A DNA stretch of 64,000 nt from Candidatus Zixiibacteriota bacterium (GTDB lineage: Bacteria > Zixibacteria > MSB-5A5 > GN15 > FEB-12): the NCBI GenBank assembly GCA_024276275.1, contig JAJRXM010000018.1, positions 20,324 through 84,323 of the forward strand, in the 5' to 3' direction. Shown here piece after piece: positions 49,457 to 59,618 of the stretch. Both the position numbers and the translations under genes were made by a program. Under the pieces are notes generated by a model that did not search any database, was not told where the DNA came from, and saw nothing but the letters and a program-made list of their open reading frames with translations. Position 1 is the first letter of the stretch. Every line of letters begins with the position of its first letter.

Positions 49457-50341
49457 TTATCCAATATTGGCATATCCTTGATAGATAGATTCTTTGGCAA
49501 GTTTTTGTAATTTTTCAATACGTTCTTCAACAGGAGGGTGTGTTGAGAAAAACGATTTAAATTTCTTTTTACTTACCGGATTGGCAATCATAAGGTGTGC
49601 TGTTGCCGGTCTCTTGTCGAGATTTAATCTAATCGGGGCAGAATGCAGTTTTTTTAATGCCGATGCCAGTTCGTTGTAACGTCCGGTCATTTTTCCGCCT
49701 TCGGCATCTGCTTTAAATTCACGTTGTCTCGAAATTGCCATTTGAATAATCATTGCAGCCAATGGAGCAACAATTGCTCCGATAATCAGCCCAATCATAC
49801 CGCCGCCTCGGTTATCATCACGGCTGTATCCTCCAAAAATAGCACCCCATCGTGCAATAGATGCTAAAATACCGATTGCTCCGGCAAATGTTGCCGCAAT
49901 AGTTCCGATCAACATATCTTTATTTTTTATGTGAGCCAACTCATGCCCGATTACTCCTTCAAGTTCGGCATCAGTTAGTATTTCCAAAATACCTTCTGTA
50001 CACGCCACAGCGGAATGTTCGGCATTACGGCCGGTAGCAAATGCGTTGGGTGCTTTGGAAGGAACCAAATAAACCTTTGGCATCGGCATTGCTGATTTAG
50101 TAGTAATTGATTTAACAATGCGATAAAGTCTTGAGTTTTCATTCTCGGTAACTTCTTTTGCTTTGTACATTTTTAAGACCACTTTATCGGAAAACCAGTA
50201 GGTGCCTACATTCATAAGAGTAGCAAAAAAGAAAGCAGCAAAAAGTCCTATGCGACCACCAAGCATAAATCCGGCTGTACCAAACAGGATAATCAGCCCT
50301 GTCATTAAAAGTGTAACTTTAAAATTATTCAAAATTCTCAT
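49457..50341 (-). CDS. htpX: M48-family membrane protease HtpX
   Basis: HELAHIKNKD (HExxH), TM topology and the C-terminal FSTHPP motif. Confidence 0.9.
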   Translation of the reverse strand: MRILNNFKVTLLMTGLIILFGTAGFMLGGRIGLFAAFFFATLMNVGTYWFSDKVVLKMYKAKEVTENENSRLYRIVKSITTKSAMPMPKVYLVPSKAPNAFATGRNAEHSAVACTEGILEILTDAELEGVIGHELAHIKNKDMLIGTIAATFAGAIGILASIARWGAIFGGYSRDDNRGGGMIGLIIGAIVAPLAAMIIQMAISRQREFKADAEGGKMTGRYNELASALKKLHSAPIRLNLDKRPATAHLMIANPVSKKKFKSFFSTHPPVEERIEKLQKLAKESIYQGYANIG

Positions 50342-50456
50342 TTCGTTAGTGTCTTATTATTTTATATATAGTATACAACTTATTTCTAAGATAAATCTAA
50401 ATAAATCATAATATACGTCAAGTTTTTTTATTCAGGCAGTTTAATTTATTACCAAG

Positions 50457-51312
50457 TTAATTAATTATGATATTGTCATAATAAAGCATCTGAGTAAATG
50501 AAATATTGGGATTTCTGTACAATCCAAATTTAAAGTAATGGGAGGCTTTATTAAGCATATTCGCACCATAAGTTTTATCGTTGGTTATTTCGGACCCATT
50601 TTTCCATACCTGAATATAACCGTCATTGTTTTCAGACCACTTGATGTTAAATTTTAATTGTATCCATTCACCTTTTTTAACTTCAGATATAGATATTGAT
50701 TTGAGACCATAGGAAATAGTTATGGTAGATATGTTGTTCCAAGTTGTATCAAAACCGTAAATTGATGTAATTTCAGGGTTTACTAAAGCTGCTCGATAGT
50801 GAATATCATCAGTAGAAAAATAATTGTAATAAACTGCAATAGGTGGAGATTCTCCGATTCCGGTATAAGAATCCCAACTTCTCACCTTCACTGATAACAG
50901 GTTGTTGATGCCATTGCCCAACGACTTGCCAGTTAGGAATACTATTTTCATCTTTTAATGTGACATCGGGATATTCGGTCGGGATATAAAAGCTCCACTC
51001 ATACCAAGTTATATCTCCCTGAACGGCAAATTGGTCAAAAGTTAATTCTGCTCTATTTCCTCCGGCAGTAATGCTTTCTTGAGAAACAGTAAACTTGCAT
51101 GATTTGTTACCTTCTGAAGAGATATCATTGGAAATAATAATATCATTATCAAACTTTCTTTCGCCACTACCACCGAGAGTTGTCCAGTCTTCTAAAGATG
51201 TTTCAAATCCAAAAGATACGCTTTTAACAGGTATTTTATTTTCAACAATAGCTTTATTTTCACAACCACCTGAGAAGAATAAAATCATAAACATTGTTAA
51301 ATAAATTAACAT
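50457..51312 (-). pseudogene. heparin-lyase-I-like polysaccharide lyase family lipoprotein, frameshifted near 50875-50895 (tracked ORFs 50809..51312 and 50457..50951)
   Basis: The N-terminal part is ..GGNRAELTF..WYEWSFYIP..VVGQWHQQPVISEGE. Another frame continues SWDSYTGIGESPPIAVYY...YIQVWKNG...HYFKFGLYRNP. Together they give one concanavalin-like lyase domain. Confidence 0.55.
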
Positions 51313-51314
51313 GC

Positions 51315-53621
51315 TTATTTTTTCCGCTTTCCCCGACCAAACGACATATTGTCTACAGGAAACTCATTTTTTTCAACTATTGGTGTTTCAGTCTCCAAAT
51401 CGGGAGTTGAGGCAGATTCTTTTGTTTGTTTAGATGAGCCTTTTTTTGCTGATTTACGACCGAAAGAGGGAGAACTGTTTTTATCCGGTGAAGCCACAAC
51501 CACCGTTTCCGAGACGGTTTGTGATATAGGTTCTTCTATGGTAACATTGGAATTATCAGAATTTGTGTATCGGTCAGTTTTTTCATCTGAAGAAACTGTT
51601 TCTTCGTCAGCATAAAAATCTATTTTGGTAAATGTATCATCAGGTTTATTGTCAGATGTTTTAACTTCAGAAATTTCCGGTAATTCGGTACTTACCTGTG
51701 GAATATCCTGTAAAGATTCTCTTTCTCGCATCAGATTAAGTTGAGCAGCTATTTTGGCACGCTCACGCTCAATAGTATCTTGAGAAAGTATAGCACTGGC
51801 TTTTGTCATAATAGAATCATCATCAGTTTTTTTTTCTTTAATAATCGGAAGAGGCGGTACTTCTATTGGTTTTTTATTCACAACATTTACTGGAGATACT
51901 TCTACTGTTTGTTTTTCAATTACTTCGGGTGTTGGTGGATTTTCAATAGTTTGTTTCTCTTTAATGACAGGTAGTGGAGGTACTTCTATTTTATGTATAA
52001 TCGGTTTCGGTCTTGCCGGTTTCTTTTGTTCTATAGTTTCTTTTTTAGTAGAATTTTGAACAGGTTTTTGAGCCTTAATCTCATGTTTTACAACAGGTGA
52101 TTTAGGTTTTTTCTGAACAGGTTTTGTCGCTTGAGTTGTGGCACTATTTTTTTCTGTCTCGGATAAATAGTTTGTCTCAGGAGAAATTTGAAACGGTGAC
52201 TTTGTAGTCTTGACCGGTATCTCTTTTTTTGTAACTTCAACGGTTTTTTTTCTACCGTTAGTTGTTTTAGTCTTTGATTCAAATTTTCTTTCTTTTCTCA
52301 CTTTTGGAGAGTCGGATTTATATTTTTGACTGTCTCGAGTCGTTTTCCCTTTAGTATAAGAACGTTTGACAGGTATAGCAGCTTTTGCCGAACGAGCTGT
52401 TTTAAAGTCAAATGTATTAGCAAGAACAGCAACACCGACAACGTCGGACCAAACGTCAACTACAGAACGAAGTCTTCCGAATAAGAAATCAACCAACACC
52501 AAAAGTCCAATTCCGGCGACAACATCAATTTGAAAGTTCGCAAGTGATAAAACAAGGGCAAGTACAAACAGAGAGGCAAAGGGAATAAATGAAGTGATAG
52601 TTGCGATAAAAAACGACCCACCGATTATAGCCATTACTTGTCCAAAGCCGATGGAATGTCCATAAAGTTGTGCTATAAATATTGCCGAGGCAGACAAAAA
52701 GAGAGCTGTGCCTGATGCATTAAATATGGCTCCAAGAGGAAGTACAAAAGCAGATGCTCTTTCATCAATAGCAGTTGTTTTGACACATTCTTCAGTAATA
52801 GGTAATGTAGCTGCTGCCGAATTTGTAGCAAATGCGGTCGACAAGGCAGGAAGCATAGAATTGAAATAACTGTATGCAGAAACAGAACTAAACATTTTGG
52901 CAACTATAGGTAACAATACCAAAGCAAAAAATGAGAGTCCGAAAATAATTGTAGTAGTAAATAAAACAAGAGAGCCAAACAGCATTTCTGTTTGTTGCCA
53001 GTTTTGGGCAAATATAGTTCCGGAGAGGGAGAACAATCCTATCGGAGCGATATACATGATATATTTCATCAAACCGGACAACATCTGCTTTAAAGAAAGA
53101 AAGAAATCAAGGACAATTCTGTTTTTTCTGTCAACTGTTGTCAAAACTGTTCCGAGTAAAACAGCAAAAACTATAACTACAAAAAATTGCATCTCAAGAG
53201 ATGCGGATAGAAAATTTTCAGGAATTAAATTGCTAAAAAGGTCATTAAAAGAATAGTTGTTGAAAAAAGGAAGCACCTCTTGGGGAATATACGCACCTTC
53301 TTTAGAGGCATTAATTCCCGGTTGGATTATTAATGCGAGAATAGCTCCTACTGCGGAGGCAGTTAATGACACCGAGGCAAAGTATAAACCTGTTTTTCCT
53401 AATGAGCGTTTTACCTTGTCAATAGAACCAATTGATGCTACTCCGGCAATTATCATTGTAATCATAAATGGAATAGCGATAAATTTCAAACTGTTAAAAA
53501 AGAGTTTTCCGATAAAAGATATCGAAAGCATAAAATCAGGCATAAAATAGCCTGCGATCCCGCCCAAAACTACTGCTGAGAGAGTGAAAATGAGTACCAA
53601 AGGTGATAATTTGTTGTTCAT
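51315..53621 (-). CDS. dicarboxylate/amino acid:cation symporter (DAACS/GltP-like) fused to a ~350-aa Lys/Pro/Glu/Thr-rich C-terminal tail
   Basis: The first ~410 aa form a typical multi-TM sodium:dicarboxylate symporter-like core. The remainder is low-complexity, with the duplicated IEVPPLP(V/I)IKEK. Confidence 0.8.
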   Translation of the reverse strand: MNNKLSPLVLIFTLSAVVLGGIAGYFMPDFMLSISFIGKLFFNSLKFIAIPFMITMIIAGVASIGSIDKVKRSLGKTGLYFASVSLTASAVGAILALIIQPGINASKEGAYIPQEVLPFFNNYSFNDLFSNLIPENFLSASLEMQFFVVIVFAVLLGTVLTTVDRKNRIVLDFFLSLKQMLSGLMKYIMYIAPIGLFSLSGTIFAQNWQQTEMLFGSLVLFTTTIIFGLSFFALVLLPIVAKMFSSVSAYSYFNSMLPALSTAFATNSAAATLPITEECVKTTAIDERASAFVLPLGAIFNASGTALFLSASAIFIAQLYGHSIGFGQVMAIIGGSFFIATITSFIPFASLFVLALVLSLANFQIDVVAGIGLLVLVDFLFGRLRSVVDVWSDVVGVAVLANTFDFKTARSAKAAIPVKRSYTKGKTTRDSQKYKSDSPKVRKERKFESKTKTTNGRKKTVEVTKKEIPVKTTKSPFQISPETNYLSETEKNSATTQATKPVQKKPKSPVVKHEIKAQKPVQNSTKKETIEQKKPARPKPIIHKIEVPPLPVIKEKQTIENPPTPEVIEKQTVEVSPVNVVNKKPIEVPPLPIIKEKKTDDDSIMTKASAILSQDTIERERAKIAAQLNLMRERESLQDIPQVSTELPEISEVKTSDNKPDDTFTKIDFYADEETVSSDEKTDRYTNSDNSNVTIEEPISQTVSETVVVASPDKNSSPSFGRKSAKKGSSKQTKESASTPDLETETPIVEKNEFPVDNMSFGRGKRKK

Positions 53622-54071
53622 ACAACCCTACCAATTTTACCGGCTGACTCTTTCGTATTACCGGAATTTCTTTTATCTACTGTACGGTCGTTAAAACTCA
53701 GAAATTTTTCTATCTTTACAGAAACGTTAGTCTATTTTTTAGTTATCAATTTATATCAATAATATAAAATGAGTTTTTAACACCGTTTTTTACTTTATTA
53801 TAGGATTTTTCATTTAGAGTCATTCGTGTAAAATAATGCCGTATCGGCAGCATGTAATCTAATTACATTTTAAACCTATATTAAAGTTATTTTATAAGAT
53901 AAAAACAGATGAAGATATTCGCAATAGTTATTTGTTTGTTTCTCGTAAGTTATTTCTCCGATTAAAGATACGTTCTTAATGCGGGTTAGTAAATGAATTC
54001 ATAAATAGCGTAAAAAAAAATAATATTCAAGTTGTGATTGATAAACATTTATTAATCATTATATTTTCATC

Positions 54072-55409
54072 ATGGATTTGTTTCAGAAAAAGATAAAAAC
54101 ATCAGATATTGACTCAAATTTAGGTGTTCCTTTAGCAGAGCGGATGAGACCGACTAATTTTGATCAATTTTTTGGGCAGAAAAAAATAATAGGACCAGGT
54201 ACTCCTCTTCGAAAAGCTATTGAATCCGACCAGATTTCATCGTTTATCTTCTGGGGACCTCCAGGAACAGGGAAAACAACACTTGCAAAGCTAATGGCAC
54301 AGGCAACCAAAGGTCAATTTCTGTCATTCTCAGCAGTTATTTCAGGTATCAAAGAATTAAAAACGGTCATCTCAAAAGCAGGTGATTATTATAAGCTGAC
54401 CGGATTAAAAACATATCTGTTCATTGATGAATTTCATCGATTTAATAAAGCCCAACAGGACGCTTTTTTGCCGTATGTTGAAAGTGGCGAGATTGTCTTA
54501 ATCGGAGCGACTACAGAAAACCCGTCATTTGAAATAAATTCGGCTCTTCTTTCCCGAATGAGAGTTTATGTCTTAGAACGTCTTACCGAGTCTGAATTAA
54601 CAGAAATAATTCTGTTAGCTTTACAAGATGCAGAGAGAGGTTTAAAAAAATTAAATCTTTCAATCGATGATGATGCCTTAGCGTTTATAACAGCAACAGC
54701 AGACGGTGATGCTCGTCGAGGCCTGGTATTACTTGATACCGTGGCAAAATTCATTGGGGAGAATTCTTTGATTACTCTTGAAGCTCTCAAGCAAATTCAT
54801 CAAAAATCATTTGCTCTCTATGATAAGTCTGGTGAAGAACATTATAACCTGATTTCTGTTTTGCATAAAACAATTCGGGGTGGCGATCCCGATGCTGCTC
54901 TTTATTGGCTGGCACGGATGCTGGACGGGGGAGAAGAACCTATGTATATCATCAGGAGATTAATTCGGTTTGCCTCAGAAGATATCGGACTTGCCGACCC
55001 TTATGCTCTTACGTTGACATTAGCAGTTCGAGATACATATCATTTTTTAGGCTCTCCCGAAGGTGAACTGGCAATTGCTCAGGCTGTAGTTTATATGGCT
55101 ACTGCACCAAAATCAAATGCGGTCTATACCGCATTTAAAAAAGCACAACTGGATGCCTCCGAAAAAGGCTCTTTACCTGTTCCGCTAGGCTTGAGAAATG
55201 CTCCTACATCTTTAATGAAAGATTTAGGCTACGGAAAAAATTATCAATATGCTCATGATTATAAAGACGGTCTGACAGACCAAGATTATTTCCCTGAGGA
55301 ACTTGTCGGAAGAAGCTATTATAATCCGACAGAAAAAGGGCGTGAAAAAAGTATTTCTGAATATCTTAAATGGTATAAAAATCTTCGAAATAAATCTAAA
55401 TCTAAATAA
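54072..55409 (+). CDS. rarA: replication-associated recombination protein A (AAA+ ATPase)
   Basis: [33 protein letters not shown], and a MgsA C-terminal domain ([27 protein letters not shown]). Confidence 0.92.
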   Translation: MDLFQKKIKTSDIDSNLGVPLAERMRPTNFDQFFGQKKIIGPGTPLRKAIESDQISSFIFWGPPGTGKTTLAKLMAQATKGQFLSFSAVISGIKELKTVISKAGDYYKLTGLKTYLFIDEFHRFNKAQQDAFLPYVESGEIVLIGATTENPSFEINSALLSRMRVYVLERLTESELTEIILLALQDAERGLKKLNLSIDDDALAFITATADGDARRGLVLLDTVAKFIGENSLITLEALKQIHQKSFALYDKSGEEHYNLISVLHKTIRGGDPDAALYWLARMLDGGEEPMYIIRRLIRFASEDIGLADPYALTLTLAVRDTYHFLGSPEGELAIAQAVVYMATAPKSNAVYTAFKKAQLDASEKGSLPVPLGLRNAPTSLMKDLGYGKNYQYAHDYKDGLTDQDYFPEELVGRSYYNPTEKGREKSISEYLKWYKNLRNKSKSK

Positions 55410-55591
55410 AAGACTTAAATAAATCTCCTCTATGTATTTTGCCGTAACCGTTTATCAATCAACATTTTAATAGTTAAAGTTCTTTCGGTCTTTACCGATA
55501 TATAATAAAATAACACAAAAAGGGTAAATTTCTGAATCCAATGAGCGAATTGAATTCTGATTACTAGATTTTAGAAATATATGAGAATTGT

Positions 55592-58500
55592 ATGAAACCA
55601 AAAAATAAATTATCAATGGGTAGATATCTCAACCATTATTTCATTGAAATTTTAGTTATTCTTGTAGCTGGTATTGTCGTTTATAATATATCTCATTATT
55701 TAAATATGTATGAAAAACTTCATATATTATTTAGGGAATATGAGTATTTAGATATTGATGAGTTATTCTTAACTGTATTCGTTATATCAATTGGATTAGT
55801 GTTCTTTTCAATACGTCGATATCTTGAATTAAAAAGAGAAATGCTCATTTCTTCAATTACAAAAATAAAGCTCCAAAGAGAAATAAATGAGAGAACAGAA
55901 GCTGAGCAAGAATTACAAAATTCAACCGAAAAATACAGAGCATTAATCGAGCAGGCTTCAAATGCGATTTACCTACAAGAAGGCAGTAGCTACGAGGTAG
56001 TCAATAAGAAATTTCTGGATCTATTTGATATAACTATCGAAGAAGTTAATACACCGGGATTTTCAATCTTAAACTATACTCACCCTAAATCACTTCAGCT
56101 ATTGAAAGATAGAAAACAGAAAGTAAGAGCCGGTGAGAAGGTTTCTGGAATGTATGAATTTACTGCTATTACAAAGAATAAACGTGTTATTGAATTAGAG
56201 GCATCTATTTCATACATCTATTCTGACGGTAAAATAAAAACACAGGGTATTTTACGGAATATTACTAAACGAAAACGGGCAGAGAATATCAAAACGGCGA
56301 TTTACCGTATTTCTGAAGAAACTAATTTGACAGATAATTTGCAAGAACTGATAGAAAAAATCCATCTGATTCTAAAATCAATAATGTGCGCCAAAAATTT
56401 CTATGTAGCATTGTATGATGAAAAAACAGATAGATATAGTTCTCCTTACTTTGTTGATCAATATGATTCTATAGACGATAAGACTATGAACTTAAACGGA
56501 TCTCTGACTGACTATGTAAGAAAAACACGTAAAGCAATCATCGTTGATCATAAGAGACATGCAGAATTAGTTGAATCAGGGAAGGCTGCTTATATTTTAA
56601 AGCCACCTCAAGTATGGATGGGGGTTCCATTAAAAACAGCCGCAGGAGTTTTTGGTGTTATTGCTATGCAAAGCTACGAAGACCCTAAACAATACTCACA
56701 TGAGGATTTAGAGCTTCTAAACTTAATATCCGATCAAATAGCAATCGCAATAGAAAAGAAAAGAGCTTCAGATGAAAAAGAAAAAAATAATAAATTTTTT
56801 GAAATTGTAATTGATTCATTAGCAAAACCTCTATATGTCATAAATGTTGATGATTTTTCAGTTGAGGTGGCAAATAAATCCGCCAGAGAGTTAATTCTTA
56901 ATAATAGCAATTATAACTTCGGACATTGTGAAAAGCTGAAAAAAGGATGTGATGAATCAAGTTGCTCTCCATCACCTTCCTGCCAAATTGAGAACATTCT
57001 TAACTCCAAACAACCGGTTAAGTTTGAACATTCTATATTTGATGATTCCAACAATGAAATTATGTATGAAGTGCATGGCTTTCCAATTTTTAATGAAAAA
57101 AATGAGATAAAACAAATAATAGAATATTTTGAAGATATAACTGACAGAAAACGGGTTGAAAATAAATTAATTGAGCTTGCAAGTTTTCCGGAAGCAAACC
57201 CTAATATTGTTCTCAGTATTAATAGTAATCAAGAAATAACTTATATGAATATGGCTACTATTTACATTCTTAGCGAAATAGGTATATCTAAAGAGAATAT
57301 GAATTTATGCCTGCCTGAGAATTTAGGAGAATTGATTGAAATAATGCTTTTAGAAGGTAGTGGGATGCAAAATATACGAGTGAAAATTGAGAACCATACT
57401 TTGGCATGGTCTTTTCAACCTGTGGCAAGGCAAGATATTATTCATTGTTATGCATATGATATTACACAACAAGTACAGCAAACAGAACAAATCAATAAAC
57501 TTTCTATGGTGGCGACACAGTCTTCGAATATTATTATGATTACAGACATTGAAGGGGTTGTTGAATACATTAATCCATATTATACTTTAGTGACCGGGTA
57601 TGAAAAAGAGGAGATAATAGGTGGAAAGCTATCTGTAATAACTTCAGGAAACATGCCTAAAGAATTATATGAAGATTTATGGAGTACAATAACAGACGGG
57701 AAAACATGGAACGGCAAAATTGAAAATAAAAAGAAAAATGGCGAACTATATTGGGAGAGGAAAACAATATCACCGATTTTCAATGAAGTCGGAAGCATAA
57801 CAAGTTATATCTCAATTGGAACTGATATAACAGCCGAACTACTTACCCAAAGGCAATTGGTTGAATCAGAAAAATTCTCTGCTATAGCTACTTTAGCAGC
57901 AGGGGTTGCTCATGAATTTAAAAATTACTTGGGTGGAATTATTGGGAATGCCTCGTTTTCACTTGACGAAATAGATTCAAAAGATGGGCTTTCTCTTGCC
58001 AAAGATACTCTTTCGAGTATTATTGATATGGGTGAACGAGCAAACGATGTTGCTATGTCATTACTGACTTTCTCAAAGGCAAAACCTGATGATCGTAATA
58101 AAGAGGATATAAAAAAGATAGTAACACAATCGATAAAGTTAATAGAAAAGGAACTCGAAACTCTTTCTATTGAAGTGGCAACACATTTTGATGAGGTACA
58201 ACCTCTGGAAGTCTCTCTTTCTAAAATCCAACAGCTTCTTTTGAACCTTTTTATAAATGCAAAACATGCAATTGGAACAAACGGTGTTATTACTATTGCT
58301 CTGTTAAACAAAGAAGATTATGTTGAAATTCGTATCGGTGACTCTGGTGGTGGAATAGAAAAAGAACCTCTAGACAAAATTTTTGATCCTTTTTATTCTA
58401 CAAAGGGGGTCTGGGGTGAAGATGCTGTTTCAGGTACAGGTATGGGATTATCTATTTGTCGAAATATCGCTCGTGAACATAAGGGAGATTTAACTGTTGA

Positions 58501-58963
58501 TACTATTATCGGAGTAGGTACTGTATTTACTATCACTCTTCCGATTTCCACAGATAAATCAATGGCTACAATAAATACTGTTAAACATGACAATCAAAAT
58601 GTAATCTTTTTTACATTGAATCACTCTATAGTAACAAAGTATTACAATGATATTTGTAATTCAAATCTACAGCTTTTGCTTGTTGATAATTTTCATAAAA
58701 TTGATAAAACTATTTTAGAAAAAACAGAGTATGTCGTATGTGATGCGAAGTTTTCAGCTAAACTCGAACTGTACCGTATGGTAGAATTTTGTATTGAAAA
58801 TGGAATGCCTTATGTAATGGTAAATTGTGGTACGATGGAATATCAATTATCCGACCTTTATGATAATTCAGTTGCAAATTATAAAGAGTTTCCTGATTTT
58901 GACAAAATAATGCGGGACTATGAGTCAGTACCTGTAGGAGTTAAGTCAGAACAAGAATTATAA
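55592..58963 (+). CDS. multi-domain sensor histidine kinase (TM, PAS, GAF, PAS x2, HisKA, HATPase_c, degenerate C-terminal domain)
   Basis: H-box AHEFKNYLG, and N/G boxes (NLFINAKHA, GTGMGLSICRNIA). PAS-like segments end in ..RNITKRKRAE / ..EDITDRKRVE. A GAF-like block lies between them. Confidence 0.85.
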   Translation: MKPKNKLSMGRYLNHYFIEILVILVAGIVVYNISHYLNMYEKLHILFREYEYLDIDELFLTVFVISIGLVFFSIRRYLELKREMLISSITKIKLQREINERTEAEQELQNSTEKYRALIEQASNAIYLQEGSSYEVVNKKFLDLFDITIEEVNTPGFSILNYTHPKSLQLLKDRKQKVRAGEKVSGMYEFTAITKNKRVIELEASISYIYSDGKIKTQGILRNITKRKRAENIKTAIYRISEETNLTDNLQELIEKIHLILKSIMCAKNFYVALYDEKTDRYSSPYFVDQYDSIDDKTMNLNGSLTDYVRKTRKAIIVDHKRHAELVESGKAAYILKPPQVWMGVPLKTAAGVFGVIAMQSYEDPKQYSHEDLELLNLISDQIAIAIEKKRASDEKEKNNKFFEIVIDSLAKPLYVINVDDFSVEVANKSARELILNNSNYNFGHCEKLKKGCDESSCSPSPSCQIENILNSKQPVKFEHSIFDDSNNEIMYEVHGFPIFNEKNEIKQIIEYFEDITDRKRVENKLIELASFPEANPNIVLSINSNQEITYMNMATIYILSEIGISKENMNLCLPENLGELIEIMLLEGSGMQNIRVKIENHTLAWSFQPVARQDIIHCYAYDITQQVQQTEQINKLSMVATQSSNIIMITDIEGVVEYINPYYTLVTGYEKEEIIGGKLSVITSGNMPKELYEDLWSTITDGKTWNGKIENKKKNGELYWERKTISPIFNEVGSITSYISIGTDITAELLTQRQLVESEKFSAIATLAAGVAHEFKNYLGGIIGNASFSLDEIDSKDGLSLAKDTLSSIIDMGERANDVAMSLLTFSKAKPDDRNKEDIKKIVTQSIKLIEKELETLSIEVATHFDEVQPLEVSLSKIQQLLLNLFINAKHAIGTNGVITIALLNKEDYVEIRIGDSGGGIEKEPLDKIFDPFYSTKGVWGEDAVSGTGMGLSICRNIAREHKGDLTVDTIIGVGTVFTITLPISTDKSMATINTVKHDNQNVIFFTLNHSIVTKYYNDICNSNLQLLLVDNFHKIDKTILEKTEYVVCDAKFSAKLELYRMVEFCIENGMPYVMVNCGTMEYQLSDLYDNSVANYKEFPDFDKIMRDYESVPVGVKSEQEL

Positions 58964-58970
58964 ACAGATG

Positions 58971-59546
58971 TTATTCTATTTCGGGAAATGTGACTTTTTG
59001 AGGGACTATATTTTTAACAGTCGGAAGTTCTTTTGTCGGCATACTACCTGTTAATTCATTACCTAAAATAGACAACCCGACATTATTTAGAGATTCTAAA
59101 AAAGTTTCAGTATTAAAAGGTTCTACAAATAAAGTTTGTTTAGGCTTTAATGAGTTATCAAAAGAATCTTTATAGGTTAATTCAATAGTCTTCTGTAGGT
59201 TATACTCTAATTGATCAATATTGACATGAACCGATAATATACCTACACCGTTAGCATCTAAATCAAAACATTCAATTATAGAAATAATATATCTATGGTT
59301 CGTAGTATATAGTTTCAACAGAAAACGTAATTTGAGACCCTCAGAAGGTCTTTTGCTTTCTGATATCGGGTCTTCAAATGACTCAAGACATTCTTCCCAA
59401 TTTGAGCAGTCGGGATATGCTGGTAATTTGAATTGTGATAGCCAAAGAAGTAACTCGTCCTTAGTTCTTTCAAAATCAAATCTTTCTATATTTGAATTGA
59501 TAATAGCGGTTTTGATTTTTTTTAGTTTTTCTCTTGAATCGCTCAC
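58971..59546 (-). CDS. hypothetical protein (191 aa)
   Basis: GTG start with AAGGAG about 10 nt upstream. No family recognised. Confidence 0.5.
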   Translation of the reverse strand: MSDSREKLKKIKTAIINSNIERFDFERTKDELLLWLSQFKLPAYPDCSNWEECLESFEDPISESKRPSEGLKLRFLLKLYTTNHRYIISIIECFDLDANGVGILSVHVNIDQLEYNLQKTIELTYKDSFDNSLKPKQTLFVEPFNTETFLESLNNVGLSILGNELTGSMPTKELPTVKNIVPQKVTFPEIE

Positions 59547-59618
59547 AATAAAGTACTCCTTTTTATTATTATCGAATAAAATGACAATAATATTAGATTC
59601 AGAAGATAGTATCTATGT

